A stretch of DNA of 64,000 nucleotides from Octopus vulgaris (Eukaryota), in assembly GCA_951406725.2 (NCBI GenBank), contig OX597815.1, positions 65,906,001 through 65,970,000 of the forward strand, written 5' to 3'. The translations under genes were made by a program, and so were the position numbers. Of the stretch, positions 13,971 through 27,274 are shown in pieces. The notes under the pieces were generated by a model. That model saw only the letters and a list, made by a program, of their open reading frames with translations. It did not search any database and was not told where the DNA came from. How positions within the stretch are numbered: the stretch's first letter is position 1; each line of letters opens with the position of its first letter.

Positions 13971-14944
13971 CAGACAGATAGATATAGACCCACGCACACA
14001 CATACACACGCACACTCACACACGTATATGGATGTATGTATGTGTGCGTGTGTATGTATGTATGTATGTATGTATGTATGTATGTATGTATGTATGTGTA
14101 AGTGACTTTATAACTATTGATAATCAAGATTTATTTGAAGTCGGTTATCACGATATATTATCGTATCGCCTGTTTTCACCGCTGTTATCAATTCCTATCG
14201 TACTAAACCAGCTCTTATCCCAGTTTTACTTTATTTAAACGGTCAACAGATATTTGTCTACCTCTTAAGGATTGCACGCCATTTTGGCGACAGGTTTCAG
14301 TTCGTATAATGACATGCTTTAGGCCCTCAACTCCAGATGGAATTGTAGAAGCACCATTGTGATATGTGGCTTGTTTTAAGTGTATTTTGACCAAGTGAAT
14401 CCCAACCGAATACTCCCAGAAAAAGAACAGGAGAGAGAAGAGAGAGAGGGAGTGAGTGAGTAAGTTAGTGAGTCAGTGAGTGAGTGAGTAAGAGAAAATC
14501 GAACCAAGTATAGGACTGGTACTTTACTGACTCTGAATGGCCCAAAAGCAGTGTTGACTTCGATGGGATTTGAACCCAGAGTGCAGATAGTCAGAGTGAT
14601 TGATGCAGCAAAATCTACCTGACGTTCTAACGATTCTGCTGCTTGACTGTGTTTGGGTGTTGATTACAGTACTTAGGTTTCCTAAGAGATCACCCAGCTA
14701 AGTACTCACTAGATTCGAACGTTGCATTCAACGTAATATGGCCGAAAGCGATTTTCTCTACGGGGACATTTGTGTTCTGCACAGAATGCTAACTAAACAA
14801 GAGTCACTAATACAATACACAGCCGTCAACAGTTATGTGGCATACATTACGATTAATGAGACCAGCGATTATGTGGACGAATTATGTAAATGATTTAATG
14901 ATATAATGAGAACAAAAATATATTCTATGTTGCCGTAAGTTATT

Positions 14945-15400
14945 GTTTGTCATCTGTCCTGTGTTTGTCAATGTAAAGGACTGGCTGAAAGTGATATGGA
15001 AGTTATATATAATAGAAGAGCACGTGACATTACTTCCTCCAAATAGGTTCGAAAATTACAGTGTCTTTACTGAGCACGCACTTCGACTAACCTCGGATTT
15101 CATAGTGATGGGCACATCTAATGGGATGCTGCTACCGCTGTTACTAGGCGCACTGGCATCCTGGATTACATCCACAGAAGGGCCACTCAGCTGATTTGCT
15201 CTCCATCAATAATGGATACATTCCAGCCTCTGACACACAAGTATACTGTGTTCTCTCTCTACGTTTTTTTTTCTATCGCTATTGTAGTGGCTTCTGTGCC
15301 ATCCCTCTGTATTGAAAGAGACGTGCACATATTCTGAAGTCTTTCTACTTGCAAAATAATCCCCCACCAAAAAAAAAATACGAAACATTTCATCCACTAA
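14945..15400 (+). mobile_element. Decayed CR1/Zenon-like LINE RT C-terminal fragment
   Basis: LDYIHRRATQLI...FQPLTHK..V.SL..FYRY.SGFC. Confidence 0.6.
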
Positions 15401-15469
15401 AACTTTGTAATAAAATTTAGGGGAAACCGATTTAAAAACAACGACCGTTCACACCAAGAATTATCCATT

Positions 15470-16040
15470 GGGAACTTGGTGGAAATAATGGCCAAAAACA
15501 ATGAAAAATCAAAGATGTAGTATTACAAAATCCCAGAAGGAGTCACTGAAAATAAGGATTGCAAGATCCCATGGGATGCAATGATTCAGTGTGACCATCA
15601 GATTAGACTCTAGAAACCTGACATTGTTGTAGTGAACAGAAAAGGAAAGATCGTTTCATAATCTACATAGCATTCCTGGTGACAACAGGATCTAAGAGAG
15701 AAGGAATAGTGAACAACTATGATGAGCCGCAGTAGGAAATGTGCAGGTTGTGGTCAATGAAGAAAGTAGACATGATACCAATAGTGATTGGTGCACTTGG
15801 AAGTATCAGTTCCCAACCACTAACATAGCTTTAAAAGATTAGAACAAATGTAAAGATAGAACCCCTACAAAAATCATCATTGCTTGCAGCTGCAAGAGTA
15901 CTCTACAGGGTTCTTGAAGCATGATCAGTAAACAAGTGCCACTTTAGTCTGCTCTGGCAGCGGACAGCTGACATTTTTTCCATCATACTCAGCAAATTAA
16001 AGTTGAGATTTTCATAATAATAATAATAATAATAATAATA
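15470..16040 (+). mobile_element. R4/Dong-like 3' end (endonuclease, 3' UTR, (TAA)n tail)
   Basis: IPWDAMIQCDH..KPDIVVV...RLWSMKKVDMIPIVIGALG...LQKSSLLAAARVLYRVLEA*, then TAA repeats. Confidence 0.8.
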
Positions 16041-16577
16041 ATTGCCCTGATGCAGTACCAGGCACTGTCTCTCGTGGCTTCTGATCTTAACTGATTGGCA
16101 GTGTTATCATATACATATGAACTACAGCAAATATTATGGTCAATACTATATATTTGCTTGTCAGCTGTTTGACCTTAGCCAGTTGAGCATATCCCTTTGT
16201 GGCTGACGATATGTGCATCTCTGGTCACGAGCAGAAGTAGTGGGGGAGCATCATAGCCATGTGCTGAGAGGAATTCTTTGAGGTTTGGATAATTCACCTT
16301 TGGAAACGTGTGTGTGTCGTTCAACATCCTTAAACAACTCTTATTCAGGGATCTTTTGAGCGGGATGGGCTACTCAACCTGAAGAAAATTCTAACTGGAC
16401 CCCATCTGCAAAGTCATGCGCTGTTTATCTTGATATGAGATCACCATGTCGTGCACATATGGTTGTGATCCATGTGCCTAGTGTACCCTTATCAGACGGG
16501 TAGTCATGATGGGTATACTAGGCTTCGTATATTTTACCCCCAGTGTCACGTTGATGGCATGTACTGCTCTCTCACTC

Positions 16578-16579
<2 letters not shown>
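16041..16579 (+). mobile_element. Interspersed repeat family E, embedded in (AAT)n
   Basis: Homologous to 35672-36050; flanked by TAA repeats; class and strand uncertain. Confidence 0.65.
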
Positions 16580-16649
<70 letters not shown>

Positions 16650-17147
16650 TACAACAACAACAACAGCAATCAAAATAAAAGAGAGTTAGAGAGACTGAAT
16701 GACAGGAAAGTAGGAATAACTTTCCAGATTGACAATAAAATCAAATAAAACCAATGAGTATTCCAGAAATATCCATCGTTGAACAAATTAATAATGAGAT
16801 GTCGCTGAACGATATATGGCTGTTTAAATAATTAAATAGTTTATAATTATAACAGACGATGGAAGGCTGGATGACTGGATGGCTGACCGATTATATAGTT
16901 GGCTGTCTGTTTGCCTGGCAGGATTGATGGCCGGACGGATGCGTCGATGGATGGAAAGAGTGGGTCGATGGATGGATGGGTGAACGAGTGTGTGTGTGTG
17001 TGGATGAATGGGTGAATGATTGGATAAATGAGTGGATGGATGGATGGATGGATGAATGGGTACTTAGCGTTGTAGGGTATGCATGTAATGTATGTCTGAA
17101 TGAATGTAGGTAGATAGATAGAGAGACATACAGACAGACAGACAGGC

Positions 17148-17234
<87 letters not shown>

Positions 17235-17530
17235 CGTAGGAAATGAAGGCGCGTAGATTTGTGGTTAGGAATATGGGACTCATGATTGTAAGATTGTGCT
17301 TTCGATTTCTAGACCGAGCACTTCATTTCACATTCCTCACAAGTCCACTCAAGTGGCAAAAATGAGTATTCCTGTGATCGACCTGCTTCTTGAGCCTACA
17401 TGAATCGAGGAGTTTTATCCTTTTTTTATGGTATGTCGGAAAGAAAAATGATGAAATTGAAATTTATCTTAATATTCTTTCTACTCTACTTTACAATATA
17501 TTCTATTATTTATGCGCGCGCACACACATA

Positions 17531-17694
17531 CGAGGAGTTCTGAAAAGGGTGTCGCGAAAGGCCTGGTTGGAGGCCCAACCTTTCGAGTTCTTTTACAGGG
17601 CTTAGAAAAACTGAAGGAGTGCTGCAATAAGTGTGGGAATCTGAGAGGGGAATATGTTGCATGAAATCATAATTAACTTTTCAGCGCTCTCTCG
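17531..17694 (+). mobile_element. Mariner-derived MITE
   Basis: TA-flanked TIRs cgaggagttctgaaaag / cttttcagcgctctctcg; interior resembles the mariner C-terminus (CNKCGNLRGEYV). Confidence 0.75.
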
Positions 17695-18204
17695 TATAAT
17701 GAGAGAAATGAGAAAAAAGATGAGCTTGAACTTGTTACTTCTTCGTTTCAATCATCTGAACAATTTTTCAGACAGATAAACGAGATACATTTCTCGTGTG
17801 TCTACCTGAAGGCGCATTCGATTATGCATGCTGCCCTTATGAGGTGATCTAAGGATTGCATATATAGTGTGAAATTCATGTTACCTAATACTGAAACATA
17901 TGTAACAGATGAAATATAGGAATACTAAGTTCAAACCCATGTTCTTTTCTCTTATTATTGATGTGCCTTTTACATTATATTCATGTCGCCATTTGTATTC
18001 ACGTTGTACCAATTTCAGGCACGACTTTAGTCCACTTCAGACTGCGCAGGACACCGAGCGAACGCGCAGCGGTGGGAGGTTAACCTGCTTAACTATAAGA
18101 GCCGAAATCTGAAGGGAATAATTGTCGCACACTGAGCGCATCCAATCGAAGGCAAATGTGTGTGTGTGCGCGCGTGCGAGCGAGTGCGTGTGTGGGTGAG
18201 TATG

Positions 18205-18252
<48 letters not shown>

Positions 18253-18342
18253 TATACATAAGTGTGTGTATGTATCCATATATATATATCTACATATATA
18301 TATATATATATGTATACATATATTTTTATATACATACACACA

Positions 18343-18415
<73 letters not shown>

Positions 18416-18513
18416 AGCATTTCAGCTCCGCCTCTTGTTATTGAATACTGTACGGCTTTAACATGAAGATATGGCGAATGACGCATTGAGACGCCCGCAC
18501 GCACGCACACACA

Positions 18514-18579
<66 letters not shown>

Positions 18580-18593
18580 TGCACATAGATAGT

Positions 18594-18701
<108 letters not shown>

Positions 18702-19825
18702 CACATATACTTATGAGAGATAGCGAGAGAGGTAGGAAGAGATAGTGAGATAATGATGGAGATTCACTTAGAGCAGGTGATCTGGTTGAAGTATCCAACA
18801 TGAGAGAAAGAGGGTAGAGAAAAAGAGGGAGAGGAGCAAATAGAGAGATATTGAATGAACGAAAGGGGTGATGAGGTGATGAGGTGATTGATAAAGCAGG
18901 TGACGTGAGTGTCCATGTGTCCATATGTCAGTCGGAGGTGATATTACGGTGGATGGTGTCAGTTGTACGAGATGCTATTTCTCAGGAATCCGATCATAGA
19001 CAGGATACATTCGGTGGCAGTCTTGACATAACATTCACAGGATGGAGGAGAGAATTGACAGGTTGGCAATGGTGGCGGATTGGCGAAGTAAAAGGGGAGA
19101 GGGATGTTTGTGTGTGTGTGTGAGAGAGAGAAAGAGAAAGGGGGGAGAGAGACAGAGACAGAGATAGAAAGGCAGAGACAGATATAGAGTCAGAGAGAAA
19201 GAGATAGAAGGCTAACAATTGAAGGTGTGTGAAAAGAAAATTGACAGAGACGGGGATTTAAGGAATTAGAAGGGTGGAGAGATGTCTAAATGGTGAGTGA
19301 ATGTGTTTATGTTTGTGTTTATGTGCGTATGTGAGTGTGTGTGTGTATGGGTGAGAGATAGAGAGAGAGTGGGGGGGGGAAACATGCGGGGGCTGCAAAA
19401 TGAAAGTGTGAGGGCAGAAAATTGACAGAGGGGGTAGGTTCGTGAAATAGAAGACTGAAGTGATATCTAAATGTGTGAAGGTGGCTGTGTTTGTGTGTGC
19501 GTGTGTGCGTATGTGTGTGTGAAGTTGGGTATATGTATGTGTAATAGGAAGTGGTAGGAGCTGTCAAGTGAAAGCGTGGGAGGAGATGTAGTAAGAGTTA
19601 AGAATGAAGTGTATGAGAAAGTGGGTGGAATAAGAGTGAGTGTGAGTGGAGCCGACGTGAGAGAGGATAGGGTTGACTGATTGGTGAGAGTAAGTGCATA
19701 TGTGAGAGTAATGTTGAGAAAGGAAGAGCGAGTCGCAGAAGGAACATCTACTAAAAAAAGCAGCCAGTTCTGTTTCAAATCCCACCCTATTGTCTTTAAT
19801 AAATGTATAACAACTCATAGTTAAA

Positions 19826-19881
<56 letters not shown>

Positions 19882-20426
19882 TATAATGGCTTAAATGGTT
19901 ACCAAGTTCACATTGCAACCATGAGGACCCGGGTCGAATCCCCCGGCATGGCATCTTGGGTAAATGCCATTTCCTATATATAACTTTGGCTCGATCCATA
20001 CTTCGCGAGTAGAACTGGGTAGACGAAATTGTATAGAAGCCTGTCGGCTGGATTATAATTGTAATCCCAAAAGTATGACCTTGTCATACACTGGCTCCTG
20101 ATCATTCTGTCTGACATATTGCATTAATTGTACACGTGTCTACGGAATATTCAGCCATTTACACGTTTATCCAAGCTCATGTACTTTACTTGATCGAACA
20201 AAAGACGAATGCTAATCGTCAACCGACAGAGGTCCATTATCATGTATGCTTGCGTTGGGGTATGATATATGTGTGAAACGTTGCTAAACAAAGAAAAAGT
20301 ACTCGATACTATGAGGTGAAATAATGATCCCCAAATCTGAGTATAAAAGACGAGTTGGGGACGAAAACTGATTCGCTACTCACCTGCGACTAAATTACGA
20401 TTCCTACTGCATTGTCTATACATGTG

Positions 20427-20492
<66 letters not shown>

Positions 20493-20527
20493 ATAATAAT
20501 CTTTTTTCTCGGTAGATTTTGTGATGT

Positions 20528-20810
20528 ATTCTTTTATTCTTTTACACGTTTCAGTCATTTGACTGCGGCCGCCTTCAAGATTTTTTCTCGGTAGATTTTG
20601 TGATGTATTCTTTTATTCTTTTACACGTTTCAGTCATTTGACTGCGGCCGCCTTCAAGATTTTTTTAGTCGAAGAAATCGACCCCAGGACTTATTCTTTC
20701 TAAGCTTAGTACTTATTCTATCGGTCTCTTTTGCGAACCGATAGGTTACGTGGACCTAAACATACCAACATCGGTTGTCAAGCGATGGTGGGGGAACAAA
20801 CACAGACACA
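20528..20810 (-). mobile_element. SINE A 3' half
   Basis: Reverse complement of SINE A; tail duplicated. Confidence 0.8.
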
Positions 20811-21556
20811 CACACATACACACTCACGTACACACACATATGCATATATATATATCAAAATATGCAACAAGGATATCCAGAGGTAATGCAGTAAAACCGT
20901 TTCAAGTAACTCCATTTAATTGAACAATGCAATCATGACATCAACTTAAATGCAGAGCAATCCTCAGCTGCATAAAGACAGAATTTAATTAAATTAAAAC
21001 ATATGGACACATTAGTATAATTTTACCTAAAATCTCCAAGAAGGTAAGGAGATAGACAAAGAACATGCTGTCTTCACTTTAGCTTAGGTATTAGGAAGAA
21101 AGACTTGTTACAGATTTTGCTTGTCACTGTTTTACGGGGTCACTTTTAATCTATAGTCTAGTTTATCAAATCTTTGAATATTTAAGGCCAAAAGAACAAG
21201 GAACAGTGCCTGTTAAGAAGGGTGTTGAGGGAATCGACAGAAATCATAGTGGGTATAGTCATAAAAAACTATCAAGATTTATTTGAAGAAATATAATGAG
21301 ATTTGGTGAAGGAAATCTTGAATTAAGATGAAGAGGCAAGTCACTAGTAGACTATTGATAATGAAACAGGGGAAATTTTATCTTGAGGTACTATAGTTGA
21401 ATATTTTAAACAATATCGCCATATTGTATAAAGTTAAAATTTAGGGTTATTCAGGAGATTATTAAGAAGAATATTATAACAAAAGGGTAAAAAGATTTCT
21501 TGAATACTTTTGAATATATACAAACTTTTTATCCTATATATATATATATATATACA

Positions 21557-22667
21557 CACTAGCTGAATTATCTGGTAATACCCGGAAAAGCGGGGATTAT
21601 TTCCAGTTCCCATTTCCATTCCCATTACATTGTTTCATGACCTATCCCGTTCCATGTTCAGTTCCCATTTTAGTTCCACTCCCATTCCTATACCTAATCC
21701 TATGTCAATATATAAATTTTAGAATCAGTTAGGTGTAATTAAGCCATTAAATATTTTATTAACCTTTACGGTGATAGCTTATTGCTAAAACTAGGTATTA
21801 CAAACTATTAAAATCATTAGTAAGTGAATAAGGAATGTCTCTATATTATTTTAACAAACGATTTTGATTGAGATCCAATTTGCCTATAATTCAACTGGAT
21901 GCTAGGAACAAATAACAAAATCGGTTTCAACCTGGAAAATTATTTCAATATACCAAATTTGAAAATTTTGACATAATTATAAAATCTCACAATGTGACAG
22001 CAACAGGGAAGACCCTACAAAAGTAGAGACAGACAGTTTATAGGACATCACACACACACAAACAGTTACAAATGTACACACAGGTAATCACGAGTTTAAA
22101 ATGGTGTGTAGTAAACATATGTATGTATGTACGTATGCATGTATATATATGTTTGTGTGTGTGTCTGTGTGTGTGTAAGTGTTTCTTTGCGAGGGACAGC
22201 AGAAAAGCCACCTACACCTCTCTCCTTAAAGCTACGTATTCCTCACATCTACCTTTCTGTGTCTGTGTGTGCGCGTGCGTGTATATGTGTGCGTGTGTGT
22301 GTGTAAGCGTGTATATGTGTGTGTGTGTATGTGTTGTATCTATGTACTTACGAAAGTATGTATGCAGCGTCACCTGTATATGACAACTGTATTAACGTTA
22401 ACATCCCATTGCTACTGCTGTTCTCGCCTTCACTGATATAAGTCAACCTCACTCTGCTACTACCTTTCCCTCCGCCTAATACTTTTTGCAACCTTTTCAT
22501 TTTATCATATAATTCGCACATTATAGATTTTTATTGAAATCTAATTAGCTTATTATTGAACTGGATGTTAGTGTAATATGTATGCAAAGTTTCGTGAATA
22601 CTGGTTAGCTCGTTTAGGCACTAAGATGGTAACAGACAGGCAAAAATTGCCATTTATATATTAGATA
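21557..22667 (+). mobile_element. Non-autonomous Helitron-like (Lep1/HINE-type) element
   Basis: Starts ACTAGCTG...TACCCGG, ends aagtttcgtgaa...acagacagg...tttatatattagat, internal microsatellites. Confidence 0.5.
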
Positions 22668-22669
22668 TA

Positions 22670-22836
22670 TACGATGGGCTTCTTTCAGTTTCCATCTACC
22701 GAACCCATTCACAAGGCTTTGGTCGGCCCGAAGCTATAGTACAAGACACTTGCTCAAGGTACTACGCAGTGGGACTGAACCCGGAACCATGTAGTTGGGA
22801 AGCAAGCTTCTTACTACATAGCCATGTCTGCGCCTA
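22670..22836 (-). mobile_element. SINE A 5' half
   Basis: Reverse complement of the SINE A head. Confidence 0.8.
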
Positions 22837-23620
22837 CGTGTAGATTTTTCAGAAGTTTAAATTTTGTTATATCAAAGGTTTCGCAAACTTTTATTCCCGG
22901 AATACCCCTTCTCTTCTCCATGTGTTGGAATATCGGCAGTGTAGGAATATGCCTTGTAAATAACACAGCATAAAATGGTTGGATGCTATGGAACAAACAG
23001 CAGACATTTTTTGTTTTGTTTTGTATCATTATTAATTTAATTTAAAAAGTTGAAATCCTTCTGGGTCATCTTCCAGGGTTGATAAATCAATAAAATAAAA
23101 TACCAATCACGTATTGGTATCGATATAATCAGCAATTTCCTCCTCCTGAATTTCTGGCGTTATGCCTTAGTACGAAAAAAAAATCAATATCACTTTATTT
23201 AATGTTAAATTTTTAAAAAGTTGGATGAGCTCGGCTTTTCCTAACAAGTAACTCAGTTCTAGGCGTCAGAGAGCCACGCCCACTTACCAATCTCAAGTGA
23301 AATCAATTTTTGTTATAAACATTGCGTAGGTATGGCTATAGGCGCAGGAATGGTTATATGGTCAAGAAGCTCGCTTTCCAACCACATGGTATCGGGTTGA
23401 TTCCAACAGCAAGACATCTGGTTTGGCGAAGTAGTGGAAAATATGGAGTTCTCACTTAATGGTTTTTACCTCGTGCACTTTAAATAGGTACATTAATAAC
23501 ATTACGTGCGCGTGCGAACACACACAAATACAGATATACACACATATAATATATACATATATTCACATATGATGCATACATACATACATGCATACATACA
23601 TACATACATACATACATACA

Positions 23621-23652
<32 letters not shown>

Positions 23653-23907
23653 ACAGACGTTGTCACGAGCGTCGAGGCTTCAGGGTCATATAAACTACAT
23701 AGTGGCTGGCTTCCCCGTGTTAGCGATTGCTGCTTTACTTACAGTGGTTATTCACATAAGATGAAGTACTAGTACTTAAAAGCAACCACCGTGCGGTACT
23801 CTATGTACATTCGTAGATTTTTAAGGAAGTTGGCCATGAAATGTTTGCATGTTCTCTCAAGTAGAACCTCCATACACGTCCGGCAATTTTGAGGAAAGGT
23901 TTTAGTC

Positions 23908-24345
23908 CAGTGATTTCCAACGTGGAGCATACGCCCCACCGGTTGGGCCTTGGAAAACTGTGGTGAGGCGTGAGACGCAATTTTTTTTTTCTAGTGAGAC
24001 ATGGAATTGTGAAAATCTCTTTTTCACAGCAAACATGCTACACCTATACCCAGCCAAGCCAAACCAAACCTCCAGCCAAGCACACTGTCTCCACGAATCA
24101 AGGAAATCTGCTGTAGTCGCCAGGCACAAGGTTTTCATTAAAGAGATTTGCTTTTTTTTTCTTTTAGTCAATAATGCACTTCTTTTTGTGCTCAGTATTT
24201 AATAAAAGAGTTACCGGTATATTCTTTTGTATTAAATAATTGTGATAAAATATTAAAAATAATGTTTTTTTCCAACTACCGGTGGGACATGCATTTTTCT
24301 CGAAAGTTATAGTGGGGCCTGGGGAAAATAGATAGGGAAACACTG
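23908..24345 (+). mobile_element. hAT (Charlie-like) MITE
   Basis: TIRs cagtgatttccaa / tagggaaacactg; degenerate 8-bp flanks ttttagtc/gttcagta; internal QAHCLH resembles the Charlie C-terminus. Confidence 0.6.
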
Positions 24346-24349
24346 GTTC

Positions 24350-24723
24350 AGTAGTTTACATCAACCTCAGTACTTAACTAATATATATTTCATCGACTGC
24401 GAAAGGATGAGAGGCAAAGTTGAATTCGTTGAGGATTGAATACAAGGTAGGAAAGAATGCCGGAAGCTATTTTTTTCCATCTTAAACGATTCTGACAACT
24501 CGACACTCTTGTTTTCTGATTTAGGGACAAGGTTAGAAATTTTAGAACACAGAATTATTTGATTACATCTTCTTCAGTATGTGAGTGGTACTTTATCCTA
24601 TCGACCCCGGAATAATGAAAGGTACACTTGACTCCGATGGTATTTGAATTCAGAACGCAAAAGAGCCGAAAGTAATACTGCAAAAAATTTTGTTCGATAG
24701 CTAACTTTTCTGCCAGTTCACCT

Positions 24724-24725
<2 letters not shown>
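24350..24725 (-). mobile_element. SINE family D, two decayed units
   Basis: tcgac...gaaaggatga..ggcaaagt motif, reverse of 62116-62495. Confidence 0.65.
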
Positions 24726-24811
<86 letters not shown>

Positions 24812-24818
24812 CCTTTCT

Positions 24819-24960
24819 ACTTGACTGATGAAAGAAAGCCAAGAATGACTCGTCTTTTTTTTTTTTTGCCTGTCCTTCTAATTGTTGTTTCTCTTGTCCA
24901 CCTCTGTGTTGTCTATCAGTCCGAACGTTTTAATGCCCTCTATTCCATTTTTGTTCCACA
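24819..24960 (+). mobile_element. 5'-truncated copy of the PLE-type terminal repeat carrying the permuted hammerhead
   Basis: acttga-CTGATGA-aagaaagcc; homologous to the reverse complement of 32070-32205. Confidence 0.7.
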
Positions 24961-25094
24961 CACGTACATATATATGTACACATACATTTGTATATCTATC
25001 TGTCTATATTTCTATCTATATATGTGTGTGTATGGATCTATGTATATGTATACATATATCTATGTACATACACACACATGTGTTTAGAGTTGAC

Positions 25095-25267
25095 TGACTA
25101 GTCAATTACATAGACGCCCAGTGTTTCACTGGTACTTAATTTATCGAGCCCGAAAGGATGAACGGCAAAGTCGACCATCGGCTTAATTTGAACTCAGAAC
25201 GTAATGGCAGACGAAATGCCGTTAAGCATTTTACCCGACAGGCTAACGATTCTGCCAGCTCACCGCC

Positions 25268-25269
<2 letters not shown>
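25095..25269 (-). mobile_element. SINE family D
   Basis: Reverse complement of the 62116 head and body. Confidence 0.75.
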
Positions 25270-25365
<96 letters not shown>

Positions 25366-25376
25366 AATAATAATAA

Positions 25377-25407
<31 letters not shown>

Positions 25408-25677
25408 ATTAACTGCAACAACAACAGAAATGAGAAGAAATTTCTTTTTAAAACCTATCCCAATATTTCAGTATTATCACGTGATAAATGACTTTAATGA
25501 CAATGCTTTTGCAGTTATTAGGTCATGTTAAAGCTCGCCTTGTTCAACAATTCTTAGTAACTTTAAGACGTGATGTAGCAGACGAGATCAACATGTCAGG
25601 AATTCACCCTTATCACAACTTGCTAAAAGCAGATGGGAACAAACGCCGTTGGTAATAATAATAATAACAACAACAAC

Positions 25678-25748
<71 letters not shown>

Positions 25749-25947
25749 TGATGATGATGATGATGATGATGACGAAGAAGAATTATATGTCCATGCATGC
25801 AGTCAGCGCTAATGAGGTATGTATATATATATATATGTGTGTGTGTGCGTGTGTGTGTGCGCGTGTGTGTGTGTGTGTGTGCGTGTGTGTGTGTGTGTCT
25901 AATAACAGCATAAATAAAATATGTGTATATGCATATATACATACACA

Positions 25948-26026
<79 letters not shown>

Positions 26027-26050
26027 GTCTGTATGTCTGTATGTATGTAT

Positions 26051-26356
26051 ATATGCATATATGGGTACAGGACGTCACAAGACGTAAACAACATGAAATA
26101 CGAAAACGACATGGATTACGAAATACGAAAGCAACATGAAATACGAAGGCAAGTCTGGGTATGCGAACATACTCTGATGAAGGGTCGTTCTTTATGTTAC
26201 TTGTCTTGGTTTTCTTTTGTTTCTCTCGTTGTTCGCATATCTAGACTTGCCTTCTTATTTCATGTGGCTTTAGTGTTACGTAATCCATGTCGTTTTCGTA
26301 TTTCATGTTGTTATGTTGTTTATGTTTTGTGACGTCTTGTACCCATACATGCATAT
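26051..26356. repeat. Fold-back (about 120-bp inverted arms) of a PLE-type terminus
   Basis: Arms 26051-26169 and 26230-26356; spacer carries CTGATGA-aggg at 26174. Confidence 0.85.
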
Positions 26357-26366
26357 ATATATATAT

Positions 26367-26702
26367 CGGAGATCCCCTTCGGTCACGACACATACCATGG
26401 GATTGCACCTAGAAAGTTACCCTCCTAGACACAAGTCCGGGCGAGGTTGTTTATGGAAGACCAGCAGTCGCCCTTGCATACCAGCCTCCCCTCTCCACGC
26501 CACCAGTGTTATCCAAGGGAAATACAAAGGTCGATACAGCTTGGCACCAGTGACGTCGCAACTCATTTCTACAGCTGAGTAAACTGGAGCAACGTGAAAT
26601 AAAGTGCCTTGCTCAAGAACACAACACGCAGTCCGGTCCGGGATTCGAGCTCACAACCTCACGATCGTAAGCTCGACGCTCTAACCACTGAGCCATGCGG
26701 CT

Positions 26703-26706
<4 letters not shown>
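26367..26706 (-). mobile_element. tRNA-derived SINE family C
   Basis: Minus: TGGCTCAGTGG A box, GCTCGAATCC B box, then cttgagcaaggcactttatttc; decayed copy at 53335-53525. Confidence 0.8.
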
Positions 26707-26732
<26 letters not shown>

Positions 26733-26733
<1 letters not shown>

Positions 26734-26847
26734 CACCGTGATCAACGTGACCGACCAGTCTATCAGATGTTGCTACACATCGCTGGTCTCAATGCGCTTC
26801 GCATTGTTTTTTAACCTTCAAATGACGCCACCCCGCTGGCTAAGCGA
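26733..26847 (-). mobile_element. SINE B 3' fragment
   Basis: Reverse complement of 12064-12175. Confidence 0.8.
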
Positions 26848-26915
26848 CTGAAGAAGCTGACCTTGGCAAATATATATTTTGTTTGTTTGCTGAAAATAGT
26901 TAGAAACCGTCGGTC
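26848..26915 (+). ncRNA. Hammerhead motif lacking the 5' strand of stem I
   Basis: CTGAAGA-agctg...tagtt-a-GAAA-C-c-G-TC-ggtc. Confidence 0.55.
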
Positions 26916-27016
26916 TGGGATATAGTTGAGATGGTAAATGTTTTTAATTTTCATTCCTTTCATGAATTTATTCCTTTTTGTGTTCTAGCACAACGTTTCC
27001 TTATTTGGAAGCCTCT

Positions 27017-27074
<58 letters not shown>

Positions 27075-27274
27075 GTGCGTATGTATATATATATATACAC
27101 GTATATATCTAAGTATATACATATATATATGTGTGTATATATGCATATATATTTTTTATTTATATTATTATATGATTGAACGCCACGCATTCATTTCCAA
27201 GTAAGTTTAACTAATATATATATATACACATATAATTCTTCTTCGTCATCATCATCATTATTATTATCATTTCC

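Noticed and set aside
16195-16240. CTGACGA in family E
   Set aside because: No GAAA/stem arrangement in either copy
26630-26706. tRNA-like sequence on the minus strand
   Set aside because: SINE head
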